A stretch of DNA of 64,000 nucleotides from Candidatus Babeliales bacterium (GCA_050250855.1 JBFWNW010000001.1:192001-256000); one strand, 5' to 3'; positions 50,032 to 59,988 are shown, counted from the stretch's first letter. Notes: generated by a model from the letters alone, not told the origin. A program made the numbers and translations.

Positions 50032-51789
50032 TTACGGTGTTATAACGGTTACAGCTTCAGGAGTAATGCGAATACGTTGACCATTACCTTTTGTTAATAC
50101 AAATCCTGTAAAGCCACTTTCATGATAAATACGTCCAAAATCTTGAAGATATTTAATAGCGATAGCTTCACCAAGATCATTTCCTTGTTGAGTTTCAGAG
50201 CGATAATGTACGCCAGCAAAATTTCTTGCTTGTCCAACATTGGCTGCAATTTTATCAAGCTCGCCACCAACTGTTAATAGATTTGCACCTTCACCAACGG
50301 TAAGAGCAATAAGTTGTGTTGGATCTGCAGGATCTGGTTTCATTGGGGTAACAAAGCTTGAAATAAGAGCTTGATCATCAAAGAATGCTTTTATAATTGT
50401 TTTGCAAGATCCGGCAACAGTAGAATGTCCTTGAGGATATGATGGATGTAAAGGAGATCCTTCAGGAAATAATAAAGCAAGAAGATATGTGTTAACTGAT
50501 TGTCCTGTGTAAAAGCCTGCTTGCAGTTGATTTGTTGCACGTACCCAGTCAAGCAAGTTCACTGTTCCAGCTGGTGTGGTATAGCTTGCAAAGAGTGATG
50601 CGTCAAGATTGTAAGGATTTGATGCTGAAGTTTGTGCATTATGAACAAGGCCTGCCATTGCTTCAGGACGTAGTCTGCGATTACCCAGCCATTTATGCGC
50701 CCATGCATTTTTGAATGCTTCTTCCATGGCGCCGCCAATAGCATTATAAATATCGCCTACGAGGAAGGTAACAAAACCTTCTTCGTTTGGTGCCGAGCCG
50801 TTTGAGTAAGGCAGTACGGGTGAAAGTGGTGCTCCGTAGAAAAGAAGAATATTAGTAATGAAGTTGCAAAAGTCTACCGGAGAATCCATATGTACCGTTG
50901 TTCCAGCATCTTTACCACAGATGATTAAACGTTGGCCGCTAAAATCACTTGGTTGGTACGGTTTTGGAACATTGCCATTTTGTATCTCTACAAAATCTTC
51001 AAAAGAAACCCCGAATTGTCGGTTCTGCGCAATAGGGATATATTGATTTTGCACGATGTCAGCTTGAAACACACGATGATTTGGTAGAAACCAAAATTGT
51101 GAGATATAAGGCCCTACCAAGTTTCCTGCATCATTGCCTCTAAAAAGCTCAGCGGCTGTTACGGTGCCATTATTAGAAGGTCCTTTGTAAGCACTACCAA
51201 GGGCGGTCAAAATTGCTGCAGCATTATTTGTTAATGAGCCACCATTGATAGTATCTACATCGGTGTTGGCACCAGTCCCATAATCTTCAAAATTTACGCT
51301 ACGGCAGATCATTTGCAAATAGACTTCAATCATATCCGCAGCTGCTTCTGCGCTTGAAAGATTAAATGCTAGAGGCATAGGAGTGATCATGGCCGGCGTA
51401 CCAACTAAGCTACGAGCAAAAGCTGATTGAGGATTTACAAACTTTCTTCCACCAGCACGTTGAATAGCATTGAAATCTTCTTGCAGGCCGCTATAAAGCG
51501 CTGTTAGCAAGCGTTGGTAATTCAGTTGACCATTTGCTGTTAATAATCCTGTAGCAGCATCATGCTCTAGGCCTTTGGTAAATGATCCTGCATAGGCAGC
51601 TAGATCGTCATCGCCGTTGTGTTCATTGTAAATGTCGTAATTTGGCTGTTGAAGACATTCTTTGTTTGCAGCAAATACGCGGCAATTATAATTATTAGTT
51701 TTTGGATTTTTTATAATAGAAAACATTGAGTCTTCTTGAGCATAGATACCTAATGCAACAAAAAAACTTATATAAAAAAGTTTTTTCAT
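50032..51789 (-). CDS. secreted vanadium-dependent haloperoxidase (bromoperoxidase-like)
   Basis: Signal peptide; NGD..., SFTKGLEH, RKFVNPQ, GPYISQF, AW..KW...RRLRPEA, EGSPLHPSYPQGH, RNFAGVHY. Confidence 0.9.
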   Translation of the reverse strand: MKKLFYISFFVALGIYAQEDSMFSIIKNPKTNNYNCRVFAANKECLQQPNYDIYNEHNGDDDLAAYAGSFTKGLEHDAATGLLTANGQLNYQRLLTALYSGLQEDFNAIQRAGGRKFVNPQSAFARSLVGTPAMITPMPLAFNLSSAEAAADMIEVYLQMICRSVNFEDYGTGANTDVDTINGGSLTNNAAAILTALGSAYKGPSNNGTVTAAELFRGNDAGNLVGPYISQFWFLPNHRVFQADIVQNQYIPIAQNRQFGVSFEDFVEIQNGNVPKPYQPSDFSGQRLIICGKDAGTTVHMDSPVDFCNFITNILLFYGAPLSPVLPYSNGSAPNEEGFVTFLVGDIYNAIGGAMEEAFKNAWAHKWLGNRRLRPEAMAGLVHNAQTSASNPYNLDASLFASYTTPAGTVNLLDWVRATNQLQAGFYTGQSVNTYLLALLFPEGSPLHPSYPQGHSTVAGSCKTIIKAFFDDQALISSFVTPMKPDPADPTQLIALTVGEGANLLTVGGELDKIAANVGQARNFAGVHYRSETQQGNDLGEAIAIKYLQDFGRIYHESGFTGFVLTKGNGQRIRITPEAVTVITP

Positions 51790-51807
51790 AAAATTTCCTT
51801 CTTTTGG

Positions 51808-53442
51808 TTAGAAGCTAATTCCAAATTTACCCCACACAAGCCAACGATCAAGCCCTGTATTCATAGTATGTGAAAATTCATAAGAACCACCAAATCCTGC
51901 AAATACTGGATAGCAAAGGTTATCCCAATGGTAGCCGAATGCTGAATAAATGGTGTGGCTCATAACACATGGATGAGCTGCCGAAGATAGATCGATATCA
52001 TCTTCGGTTATTATGCCGCGTCCATAAGCATTGGTAATATCTTGTGGATTAAATGGTGTTGTTAGGATAAGGTTTGCGATACTTGCTTCATTAAGTAATA
52101 GATCTGCTGTTATGTTACGCACAGGATTCGTGATTCCCATGCCAGTGCTATCTTTTATTGCAGCCTCAGAACCAAAACGTTTTTTTAATGATACACATTC
52201 GGCTTGGCGAGCAAAGAAGTTATAACCCCATTCTGCTTCAAAGCCGTTGCAAGCTGGGCTTCCTTTTAGAACAATTGCCATATTATTAGTGAAATTAAAA
52301 CCTGGTTTTACCGAAGCATCTTGGGTAAGGGTATTAATGCCAGGAGATGAAAGGAATATTGATTGTAAAAGATTTGTGTTGGCAAGATTTAAAGCCTGTG
52401 TTGCTTGTGCCTGATTCTCATAGAGCTCAATATAGCGAGACCATGGTTTATATTTTAAATCAAAGGAACGTTTTTCTCTTGTTTTAAAGAGATATTGCAT
52501 AACAAGTGTATTTTCAAGACTTAGTTGTAAATCATTATTGCAATTTTGCCATAAGACATAACCACCATTGCCGCCCCAAAGTGTACCAAAATGACCACCA
52601 TTACCAGCAATTGCTTCAAATACATATTCACTTTTTACTTTATTGCCAGTAGGGAATGTTGCACCGATAAAAGGTTCAAAATAATAACATTCATTTGAGG
52701 CCCATTTCATGCCAACTTGAAGCTGAATAAAAGCAAGCTTTGTTGTTTTATGAATTTTGTTATCAATTTTGCCATAGTTCCAGTCGCTTTGAACCAAAGC
52801 TTCGGTCATATTTTTTAAATTTTGATTTAAGTTTGTTGTTTCTCCAGCGATTGGTTGTACTTCATAGAGTGCGGTGTTGGTAACAATTTCTTGTAATCCC
52901 ATAGTGTTGCGCACATGTAAAACTGGGGCTGAAATGCCATACCAGAACCAATGTTCACCAAGATAACGTTCTTGCTGCCAGCTAAAACCAAAACCAACAA
53001 CAGACTGCTGTGGATTTAGAGTAACTAAACTTTCAAATGCAGGTAATGGAAGCGTTGGAATGCTTAAGAAACTGCTAATAAATGGACTAAATTCTATACT
53101 AAAAATATTGAAGTTTTGCGGCAGAACATTTTTACTATTAATAGCTATAGTTCCATCAACAGGAATTTCATTTGAGCAATAAGGGGCAAAGAAGGTGCCT
53201 AAATGAGCTTTATTGGTTGATTTGCCACCAAACACAACTCCTTGAAATGCACCGTCAATGCCACATTCACGGGCAGTTCTTCTGTTGCGAGCCAGTGATT
53301 CATACTCAGGAGACCCGATTTGAAACTGTGGTCGCACGGTAAAGAAGGTTTGACTTGTTGCTTTACAACTACAATTATGGTCTGCAATAGTGGTTCCTAT
53401 AGCAGAAAGTAGTAAAAGGACGGAAGAAAGTTTTTTCTTCAT
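51808..53442 (-). CDS. Cys-rich putative outer-membrane beta-barrel protein
   Basis: Signal peptide, amphipathic aromatic beta-strands, C-terminal WLVWGKFGISF beta-signal, 10 Cys. Confidence 0.7.
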   Translation of the reverse strand: MKKKLSSVLLLLSAIGTTIADHNCSCKATSQTFFTVRPQFQIGSPEYESLARNRRTARECGIDGAFQGVVFGGKSTNKAHLGTFFAPYCSNEIPVDGTIAINSKNVLPQNFNIFSIEFSPFISSFLSIPTLPLPAFESLVTLNPQQSVVGFGFSWQQERYLGEHWFWYGISAPVLHVRNTMGLQEIVTNTALYEVQPIAGETTNLNQNLKNMTEALVQSDWNYGKIDNKIHKTTKLAFIQLQVGMKWASNECYYFEPFIGATFPTGNKVKSEYVFEAIAGNGGHFGTLWGGNGGYVLWQNCNNDLQLSLENTLVMQYLFKTREKRSFDLKYKPWSRYIELYENQAQATQALNLANTNLLQSIFLSSPGINTLTQDASVKPGFNFTNNMAIVLKGSPACNGFEAEWGYNFFARQAECVSLKKRFGSEAAIKDSTGMGITNPVRNITADLLLNEASIANLILTTPFNPQDITNAYGRGIITEDDIDLSSAAHPCVMSHTIYSAFGYHWDNLCYPVFAGFGGSYEFSHTMNTGLDRWLVWGKFGISF

Positions 53443-53530
53443 ACATCACTCTCCTTTAAAAGTGGATTTAAGATTCTCTCATTACTAACTTGTATCCCAC
53501 TTTTAAAAAAAAGCCAACCTTTTTTACGTT

Positions 53531-56242
53531 TTATCCTTGCTCTATGACTGTAACAAAAGAACCTTGTGTCGCTTTATTGACAAAGAAATGTACCGGGAAT
53601 TGATCTTTCATGGTAGGTAAGTGAGAAACAATAATTACTTTCGCAAAATTGTCTTGGATTTTTAAAATGGCATCCATGATATGGTTTAAGCCTTCTTCGT
53701 CTTGAGAGCCAAAGCCTTCATCAATAATAAGAGTTTGTAATGAAGTTCCAGCTCTGCGTGCAAGTAGTTTTGAAATAGCAATACGTAGTGCAAAATCTAT
53801 ACGGAAAGCTTCACCGCCAGAAAAAAGCTCATAAGGTCGAATGCCCATAGGGTCAGATATTTTGATATCAAGCGTTTCTTTAGTGCCGCCTTTTTTAAGG
53901 TCACGGAGAGATTCAATAATAATATGTGCTTGATTGTTAGTTAGTTCTGCCAGTAAATTATTTGCTTCATATTCTATTTCTGGAAGCGCATCTTCTATGA
54001 GTAGTGCTTGCACGCCATCTTTTGATAATGCCGTTGCTAAAATAGCATAATCATGATGCGTCGCAATAAGAGATTCTATGGTTTTTTGATGTTCTTTATA
54101 TTCTGTTTTCTGCTTTTGAATCGTTTTTTGTTCTTGCTCAAGACTTCCTTTTTTGTGTACTAAAGCTTCTTTGTTTTTTTTGAGTGCTTCAGTATTTGTA
54201 TGAAGTTCCTGTTCTTTGTGCAGGAGTGTATTTTTTTGTTCATCTAGGTGTATTGCTTTGAGTGCATCTTCTTTTTGGCGTATATCTTTTTTGTGGATTT
54301 TGAATTCTGCACACGCTTTGAAAAAATCTTTTTTGCGTTCTTCTTGTTGGCTTATCTGATGAAGAGATGTTAGCAATTCTTCCTCTTGCGCTGTTAATGC
54401 TTGCAGAAGATCTATAGCCTTTTTATGTTCTTCACTCTTATAGTTAAGAGCTTTGGTTTCTTCAATAATATCCTGTATTACTTTTTTTTGTTGCTTATAT
54501 GTTTCATGCTGCTCCAGGGATAGCGGTAAAGCAGTTTCTTCTGTGCTGATAATTTGCTTTAAAGCTTCATATTCTTGTTTGAGCGCGGTGATTAAAGTAG
54601 TAAATTCTTGTTCTTTTGTACTTAGAGCAGTGATCTCTTGCCGTTTGGCCGCTTCTTTTTTCTGCAATTCTTTCAAACGTAGTGTTATAATTTGTGTACT
54701 TTCTTTAGTGCTGCGCATTGATTCAATCTGTTTGTGCTGTTCTACTAAAAGTTCTTTTAGTTTGGGTAGAATGTGTGAAAATCTTTTGAATTGATGGCGA
54801 AGCGTTTGCTCCTGTTTTGCAAATTGCGCTTTTAAAAATTTTTTACGTGAAGCAGAAAGATTTTGTTCGCACAAAGGGCAGCTAGGATTGTGAGGATCTT
54901 GAATGAATCCCTTCTTTTGCTCAAGTTCTTTGAGCGTGCTATTGACTATATTTGCACGAGCAACCCACGTATGATAAAAATATTTTCTTTTTTCAAACTG
55001 CTTTTCAAGAGCAGGATCTTCAGCTTTGTGTAAAGCAAGCGTAGCTTTAAGTTCTTCTTGCTCTTTACTATAAGCTTCGAGTTCTTTTTTAGAGAGTACG
55101 GTTTGGGTGCCAATGGTTTGCAGAGTTTCTTCTTGGTGTTTTATGGTGCTTGCAAGGCGTTCGGCAGCAAGTTGTTTTTTATGAATTTCTTGCAAATATT
55201 GTTCTTTAAACTGAGCAATTATTGTTTGTTCTCGCTCTTTTTCTTGCAGATAAAGTTCTTTAAATGCTAAAAGTTCACTTTGTTTTGCTGAATATTCATC
55301 CGCTTTTTTAGCTACGTTACTTTTTTCAGTTTTTATCTGCTCAAGAGAGGGAAGTTGTTTTTGTTTTTTGTGCACTGAGCGCCACGTAGTAAAGTTTTTG
55401 AGAAGCTCTTCTTCTATTTTTTTTTGTTCTTTTCTTTGTTGTTCAAGTTCATACGTTTTACGAGCACGTTCTTGTTCTTTTCCTGCAAGAACAATTTTTT
55501 CTTGTTCTAGGTTTTGTTGTTGCTGATGTAGATTTTTTTCTTGCAAAGCGATTTGTTCTAACTCAGAAGAAACTTTTTTGAGTTCTTCTTCTAAGACAGG
55601 TTCATGGGCTACATCCTGTGCCAAACGTTCTTGCAATTGCTTTAAATGCTCACTATCTTGCACGGCTTGTTTAGCTTTATCAAGAGCAGCTTTGCGAATT
55701 GATTCATACGTATCAAGTTGCAAAATAGATGCTAAAATTTCTTTACGTTCTTTTGGTGATTTTTTTGAAAATTCATTAGCTTGTCCTTGGCGCAAGAATG
55801 CTGTATTAACAAACGTTTCAAAGCTCAGGCCAAGCATTTTTTCAATAGTTTCTTGTGTGCCGCGTATCGTTTTTTCTGTTAAAGGTTTGAGCGTATCTGT
55901 TTCTTGTTCAAGTACACCAAATTCTAACGAGGCATAAGGGTTACCATTGCGCGTTAAGGCAAATTCACGACGTACGCGATAGGTTTGATTATTAAAATAA
56001 AAATCGAATATGACAAGCATGCTCGTTTGGCCTAAACGCAAAAGTTGAGCATCTGGCTTGAGTGTTCCTGTTGTTTTACGCGCTTGTCCCCAGAGCGCCC
56101 AGGTCATGGCATCAAGCAGAGCAGATTTGCCATGTCCATTTTTGCCACTCAAACAAATAAGCGGATAATTACCGAAATTGATTTCTTGAAGTTGCGAGCC
56201 GTAACTTAAAAAGTTTTTAATCTGTAGTTTTAAAGGAATCAT
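53531..56242 (-). CDS. sbcC: SbcC/Rad50 SMC-family ATPase
   Basis: NFLSY, GKNGHGKS, QGQ Q-loop, CPLC zinc hook, FSGGE, IIDEGFG, SH. Confidence 0.92.
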   Translation of the reverse strand: MIPLKLQIKNFLSYGSQLQEINFGNYPLICLSGKNGHGKSALLDAMTWALWGQARKTTGTLKPDAQLLRLGQTSMLVIFDFYFNNQTYRVRREFALTRNGNPYASLEFGVLEQETDTLKPLTEKTIRGTQETIEKMLGLSFETFVNTAFLRQGQANEFSKKSPKERKEILASILQLDTYESIRKAALDKAKQAVQDSEHLKQLQERLAQDVAHEPVLEEELKKVSSELEQIALQEKNLHQQQQNLEQEKIVLAGKEQERARKTYELEQQRKEQKKIEEELLKNFTTWRSVHKKQKQLPSLEQIKTEKSNVAKKADEYSAKQSELLAFKELYLQEKEREQTIIAQFKEQYLQEIHKKQLAAERLASTIKHQEETLQTIGTQTVLSKKELEAYSKEQEELKATLALHKAEDPALEKQFEKRKYFYHTWVARANIVNSTLKELEQKKGFIQDPHNPSCPLCEQNLSASRKKFLKAQFAKQEQTLRHQFKRFSHILPKLKELLVEQHKQIESMRSTKESTQIITLRLKELQKKEAAKRQEITALSTKEQEFTTLITALKQEYEALKQIISTEETALPLSLEQHETYKQQKKVIQDIIEETKALNYKSEEHKKAIDLLQALTAQEEELLTSLHQISQQEERKKDFFKACAEFKIHKKDIRQKEDALKAIHLDEQKNTLLHKEQELHTNTEALKKNKEALVHKKGSLEQEQKTIQKQKTEYKEHQKTIESLIATHHDYAILATALSKDGVQALLIEDALPEIEYEANNLLAELTNNQAHIIIESLRDLKKGGTKETLDIKISDPMGIRPYELFSGGEAFRIDFALRIAISKLLARRAGTSLQTLIIDEGFGSQDEEGLNHIMDAILKIQDNFAKVIIVSHLPTMKDQFPVHFFVNKATQGSFVTVIEQG

Positions 56243-56298
56243 AATGCTGACCTATATTTTTTCTTTTAGTGTATAGGTAAGATTATGATTTAACAAAT

Positions 56299-57000
56299 TT
56301 AACTTTTTTTTAGAAGATTACTGACTTCATCTTTTGAAAGTAAGCGCCACATGCCGGGCTTGAGCCCTTTTTTTGTTAAGCCAGCAAAGCGTATGCGGTC
56401 AAGTTTTTTTACGTCATAATCAAGCTCTGCAAAGAGACGACGAATGACCCGTTTTTTGCCGCTGTGGAGGGTAACGAATACAATCGCTTTATTTTTAGGA
56501 TCATCTTTGAGACTATCAACTTTAATAAGTCCATCTCTTAACCTGATTCCTTTTTTTATCATACTTTTGTGTTCAGATAAAAGCGGCTTATCAAGAGTGA
56601 CTTCGTATACTTTTTGTATGCCGTGGCGCGGGTGGCCAAGATCTTGTGCTAACTGGCCATCATTGGTCAGTACTATTAATCCGGTAGTGTCACGATCTAA
56701 GCGCCCAATAGAAAAAAGACGTTTTTTTTGTGCCAAAGGGATAAGTTCAAAAATTGTTTTTCTACCAAATTCATCATCCGTAGAACTTACATATCCTTTT
56801 GGTTTGTTTAAAAGAATGTATGTTTTTTCTTCAACTTTAATAAGTTTGCCATTGAACTTAACAGAATCTTTAGGTTGTACTTTATAGGTAGGTTCACTGA
56901 CAATAACACCATTAACCGTAACAAGCTCATCTTTAATAAGCTCAACCGCTTTTCTACGAGAACAAATGCCTGCTTGTGCAAGGTAATGGTTTAAAAACAT
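56299..57000 (-). CDS. rRNA pseudouridine synthase (RluB/RsuA family)
   Basis: S4 domain (GICSRRKA), LNKPKG, GRLDRDTTGL, G.KR.IRR. Confidence 0.93.
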   Translation of the reverse strand: MFLNHYLAQAGICSRRKAVELIKDELVTVNGVIVSEPTYKVQPKDSVKFNGKLIKVEEKTYILLNKPKGYVSSTDDEFGRKTIFELIPLAQKKRLFSIGRLDRDTTGLIVLTNDGQLAQDLGHPRHGIQKVYEVTLDKPLLSEHKSMIKKGIRLRDGLIKVDSLKDDPKNKAIVFVTLHSGKKRVIRRLFAELDYDVKKLDRIRFAGLTKKGLKPGMWRLLSKDEVSNLLKKS

Positions 57001-57002
57001 TG

Positions 57003-57578
57003 TTATGAAGCCTTTTCAGTATTTTTTTGTTCTATTAAATCGTATATTTTTTGTATGTAGCTATTATCAGGGTATTGATTAGCAAGATTAATAACTTTTG
57101 TGGTTATATTATTAGAAATGGGCAAATCATTATTTTTAATAATTTTTTCAAAATCTTCATATTCATTTTTTCCAATGTATTCTTCTTTTTCAAGAATGCG
57201 ATACAAGACCCCTTCAAATGCTTCTGGATTTAATTGATTTTTCCAATCGCATTGCTTTTCTTTGTGCGTAAAGCCAAGGAATTTTTTTTCTTCACAATGC
57301 TTAATTAATGCTTTTACATAGTTAGGTAAAGCCGGATCATAAGGATTGTTATTGATAATTTGTACTAAGCCGTCTTTAGTTTGATCGGCATTGATTTTAT
57401 TTTGCGCATGGAGGCCTAGCAATGCTGCTGGCTGTTTTCCTTTTATTGCTTCTTTTTGTCTTGTCTCAGAATTAAGATGCAGCGGTTTGTTTTCTGAGTC
57501 CGAACTCCAAGGGTTATACCATGAACATTGAACGGATGTTGAAAAAAGCATAATAAACACTAAAAGATGATTTTTCAT
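57003..57578 (-). CDS. secreted hypothetical protein
   Basis: Signal peptide MKNHLLVFIMLFSTSVQC; GAAGGA RBS. Confidence 0.7.
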   Translation of the reverse strand: MKNHLLVFIMLFSTSVQCSWYNPWSSDSENKPLHLNSETRQKEAIKGKQPAALLGLHAQNKINADQTKDGLVQIINNNPYDPALPNYVKALIKHCEEKKFLGFTHKEKQCDWKNQLNPEAFEGVLYRILEKEEYIGKNEYEDFEKIIKNNDLPISNNITTKVINLANQYPDNSYIQKIYDLIEQKNTEKAS

Positions 57579-57746
57579 AGATAGTCCTTCAAGCTGAAAT
57601 ATTCTTTATTGAGAGCTATTTTTATAGTGTCTTTAAGAATTCCAAAGATCGCCTTATTTGTCAAGGTAATGTAGCATGATAAGAAGCATACAGTTGTTAT
57701 TTTTAGTATACTGTATTACAGTTTTTTTGAAAGGTAAGGAGACATT

Positions 57747-59141
57747 ATGCAAGACCATATTTTTCGGCAATATGATATTCGGGGTAAAGTAGGGCAAGAG
57801 CTTCTCTTAGATCAGGTCTATGATTTGGCTAAAGCTATTGTTTATTATTTTGTACAAAAGAATCCTGCACTCAAAACCATAGCAGTTGGTGCTGATGGCA
57901 GAACCCATTCGCCGGCCATCAAGCAAGAACTTTGTCGAGCGCTGCAGGATAGTGGTATTGATGTACTTTTTGTAGGTACCTGCCCAACGCCTGTTTTGTA
58001 TTTTTCTCTGTTTAATCTGCCCGTAGATGCGGGGCTTATGATTACCGCTTCCCATAATGGTAAAGAATATAATGGGATTAAAATCTGTTTGGGTAAAGAA
58101 TCGGTATGGGGAAGTCAGATTCAGGAAATAAAAGCTTTATATGCTCAAAAAGCTGCGGTTAAGGCTGAGCATAGGGGCTCCTATAAAGAATATAATCTTA
58201 TTGAAGATTACACTGATTGGATGGTCAAAAAATTCCCTCATTTAGTAAATATGGACATTGCTGCCGTTGTTGATTGTGGTAATGGTGCAGCTGGAACCGT
58301 GTGGCCCATGCTTATTAAAAAAATGCAGTGGAAGAAGGTAGATTTACTCTTTCCTGAAGTTGATGGCACCTACCCAAATCATGAAGCCGACCCTATTGTT
58401 GAAGAAAATATGCTAGATGTAAAAAAAAACCTTCTTTCTGGTTGCTATGATGTTGGCTTGGGGCTTGATGGGGATTGCGATCGCATGACGCCCATGACCA
58501 AACAGGGGCAGCTGGTGCAAGGAGATAAAGTTTTAGCTCTTTTTGCCCAAGATATTATTAAAAATCATCCCAAAGCACCAATTGTTTTTGATATTAAATG
58601 TTCATCCGGCCTTGCGGACGTTATTGCTGCCGTTGGTGGTCTTCCTTGTATTTCCCCTTCCGGACATTCTATTATTAAAGATCAAATGAAAAAGCAAAAA
58701 GCATTATTGGCCGGTGAATTAAGCTGCCACTTTTTTTTCCATGATCGCTACTTTGGGTACGATGATGGCAACTATGCAGCGCTGCGCCTTTTTGAGCTTC
58801 TCGTTCAATCTGGTAAAACGCTGCAAGAACTATTGACTATTTTTCCCGAAAAATGGAGTACGCCGGAAATTCGCATAGCGTGCGACCAGCATGCCATGGC
58901 GTCTATTGTTGAGCATGTCAAAGAGCACTTTATAAAAGAGGCAAAAGGAGAGATAATGACAATTGATGGAATTCGCGTTACGATGAGCTATGGATGGGGC
59001 ATGGTGCGTTCATCAAACACGCAGCCAGTTATATGTTTAAGGTTTGAATCTGATAGTCAGGCAGGATTGCAGCAGATCAAACAAGATTTTAAGGGTGCTT
59101 TAGAACCATATTTAAGTAAAGAAGCATTGATGCACTTATAG
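57747..59141 (+). CDS. phosphomannomutase/phosphoglucomutase
   Basis: IFRQYDIRG, ITASHN, DGDCDR, GELSCH, R.SNTQP. Confidence 0.94.
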   Translation: MQDHIFRQYDIRGKVGQELLLDQVYDLAKAIVYYFVQKNPALKTIAVGADGRTHSPAIKQELCRALQDSGIDVLFVGTCPTPVLYFSLFNLPVDAGLMITASHNGKEYNGIKICLGKESVWGSQIQEIKALYAQKAAVKAEHRGSYKEYNLIEDYTDWMVKKFPHLVNMDIAAVVDCGNGAAGTVWPMLIKKMQWKKVDLLFPEVDGTYPNHEADPIVEENMLDVKKNLLSGCYDVGLGLDGDCDRMTPMTKQGQLVQGDKVLALFAQDIIKNHPKAPIVFDIKCSSGLADVIAAVGGLPCISPSGHSIIKDQMKKQKALLAGELSCHFFFHDRYFGYDDGNYAALRLFELLVQSGKTLQELLTIFPEKWSTPEIRIACDQHAMASIVEHVKEHFIKEAKGEIMTIDGIRVTMSYGWGMVRSSNTQPVICLRFESDSQAGLQQIKQDFKGALEPYLSKEALMHL

Positions 59142-59151
59142 AGTTATTGTC

Positions 59152-59988
59152 ATGAGAACGATTGGTTTACATTTGCGTATTTTTTCTGATTTGGTGGCAA
59201 CAGCACATCAGGCGCTTGCTTTGCAATTGCCAACGTTCCAATGTTTTTTAATGTATCAAGAAACAAAAAGACCACTGAGACCTAGTCAGAAAAATATTCA
59301 ACAATTTCTTGTATTACGCCAACAGTTCAAGGAGCTTTTTGTTCATGGTTCTTATTGGATAAACTTGTGTGGCGTTAATGCAGAAAAAAGCTTACATGTT
59401 CTTAAGAAAGAGCTTGATGTAGCAAAACGATGTGGTTTTTCTCATTACATTTTACACCCAGGTTCTTCGAATGGTCTTTATGAACGAGAAAAAGGCATTG
59501 AATGCTTGATTAGTACGCTGAATAATCTTACTGACCATGAGCAAGATATTACTATCGTTCTAGAAAATACGGCTCATGGAGGCATGAGTGTTGGCGGTGA
59601 TTTTGCAGATTTTGTTTATATTCTAGAGCGTCTTGATTATCCAGAGCGTATTAAGTTTTGTTTAGATACGGCACATGCTTATGCATTTGGCTATGATATT
59701 GTAACGGCACGAGAAGATTTTTTTAAACGTATAGAGCAAACAATAGGATTTTCATCATTGGCAGTTATACATTTGAATGATACGCAAGAGTCTCTCGGGT
59801 TAAAGCGAGATAGGCATGAAGCGCCTGGTCAAGGTAATATCGGTATTGAAGCATTGCAAGCTATTGCCATGGATGAACGGTTGAAGCATATTCCATTAAT
59901 TTTGGAAACGCCGCAATGTTCGCTTGAAGAACAAAAAAGTATTATAGCATTAATACATGGTTGGCATGAAAATAAGGAGAAAGAGTGA
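59152..59988 (+). CDS. nfo: endonuclease IV
   Basis: HGSY.INL, HPG, ENTA, DTAH, HLND, DRH, ETP metal ligands. Confidence 0.93.
   Translation: MRTIGLHLRIFSDLVATAHQALALQLPTFQCFLMYQETKRPLRPSQKNIQQFLVLRQQFKELFVHGSYWINLCGVNAEKSLHVLKKELDVAKRCGFSHYILHPGSSNGLYEREKGIECLISTLNNLTDHEQDITIVLENTAHGGMSVGGDFADFVYILERLDYPERIKFCLDTAHAYAFGYDIVTAREDFFKRIEQTIGFSSLAVIHLNDTQESLGLKRDRHEAPGQGNIGIEALQAIAMDERLKHIPLILETPQCSLEEQKSIIALIHGWHENKEKE

Noticed and set aside
50032..53442. Haloperoxidase locus as a natural-product cluster or mobile island
   Set aside because: No PKS/NRPS/prenyltransferase, integrase, transposase or flanking direct repeats visible
57688..57722. ACTGTA/TACAGT palindromes upstream of pmm-nfo-gap as a LexA box
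   Set aside because: CTGT-N3-ACAG spacing does not fit CTGT-N8-ACAG; short AT-rich palindromes are expected by chance
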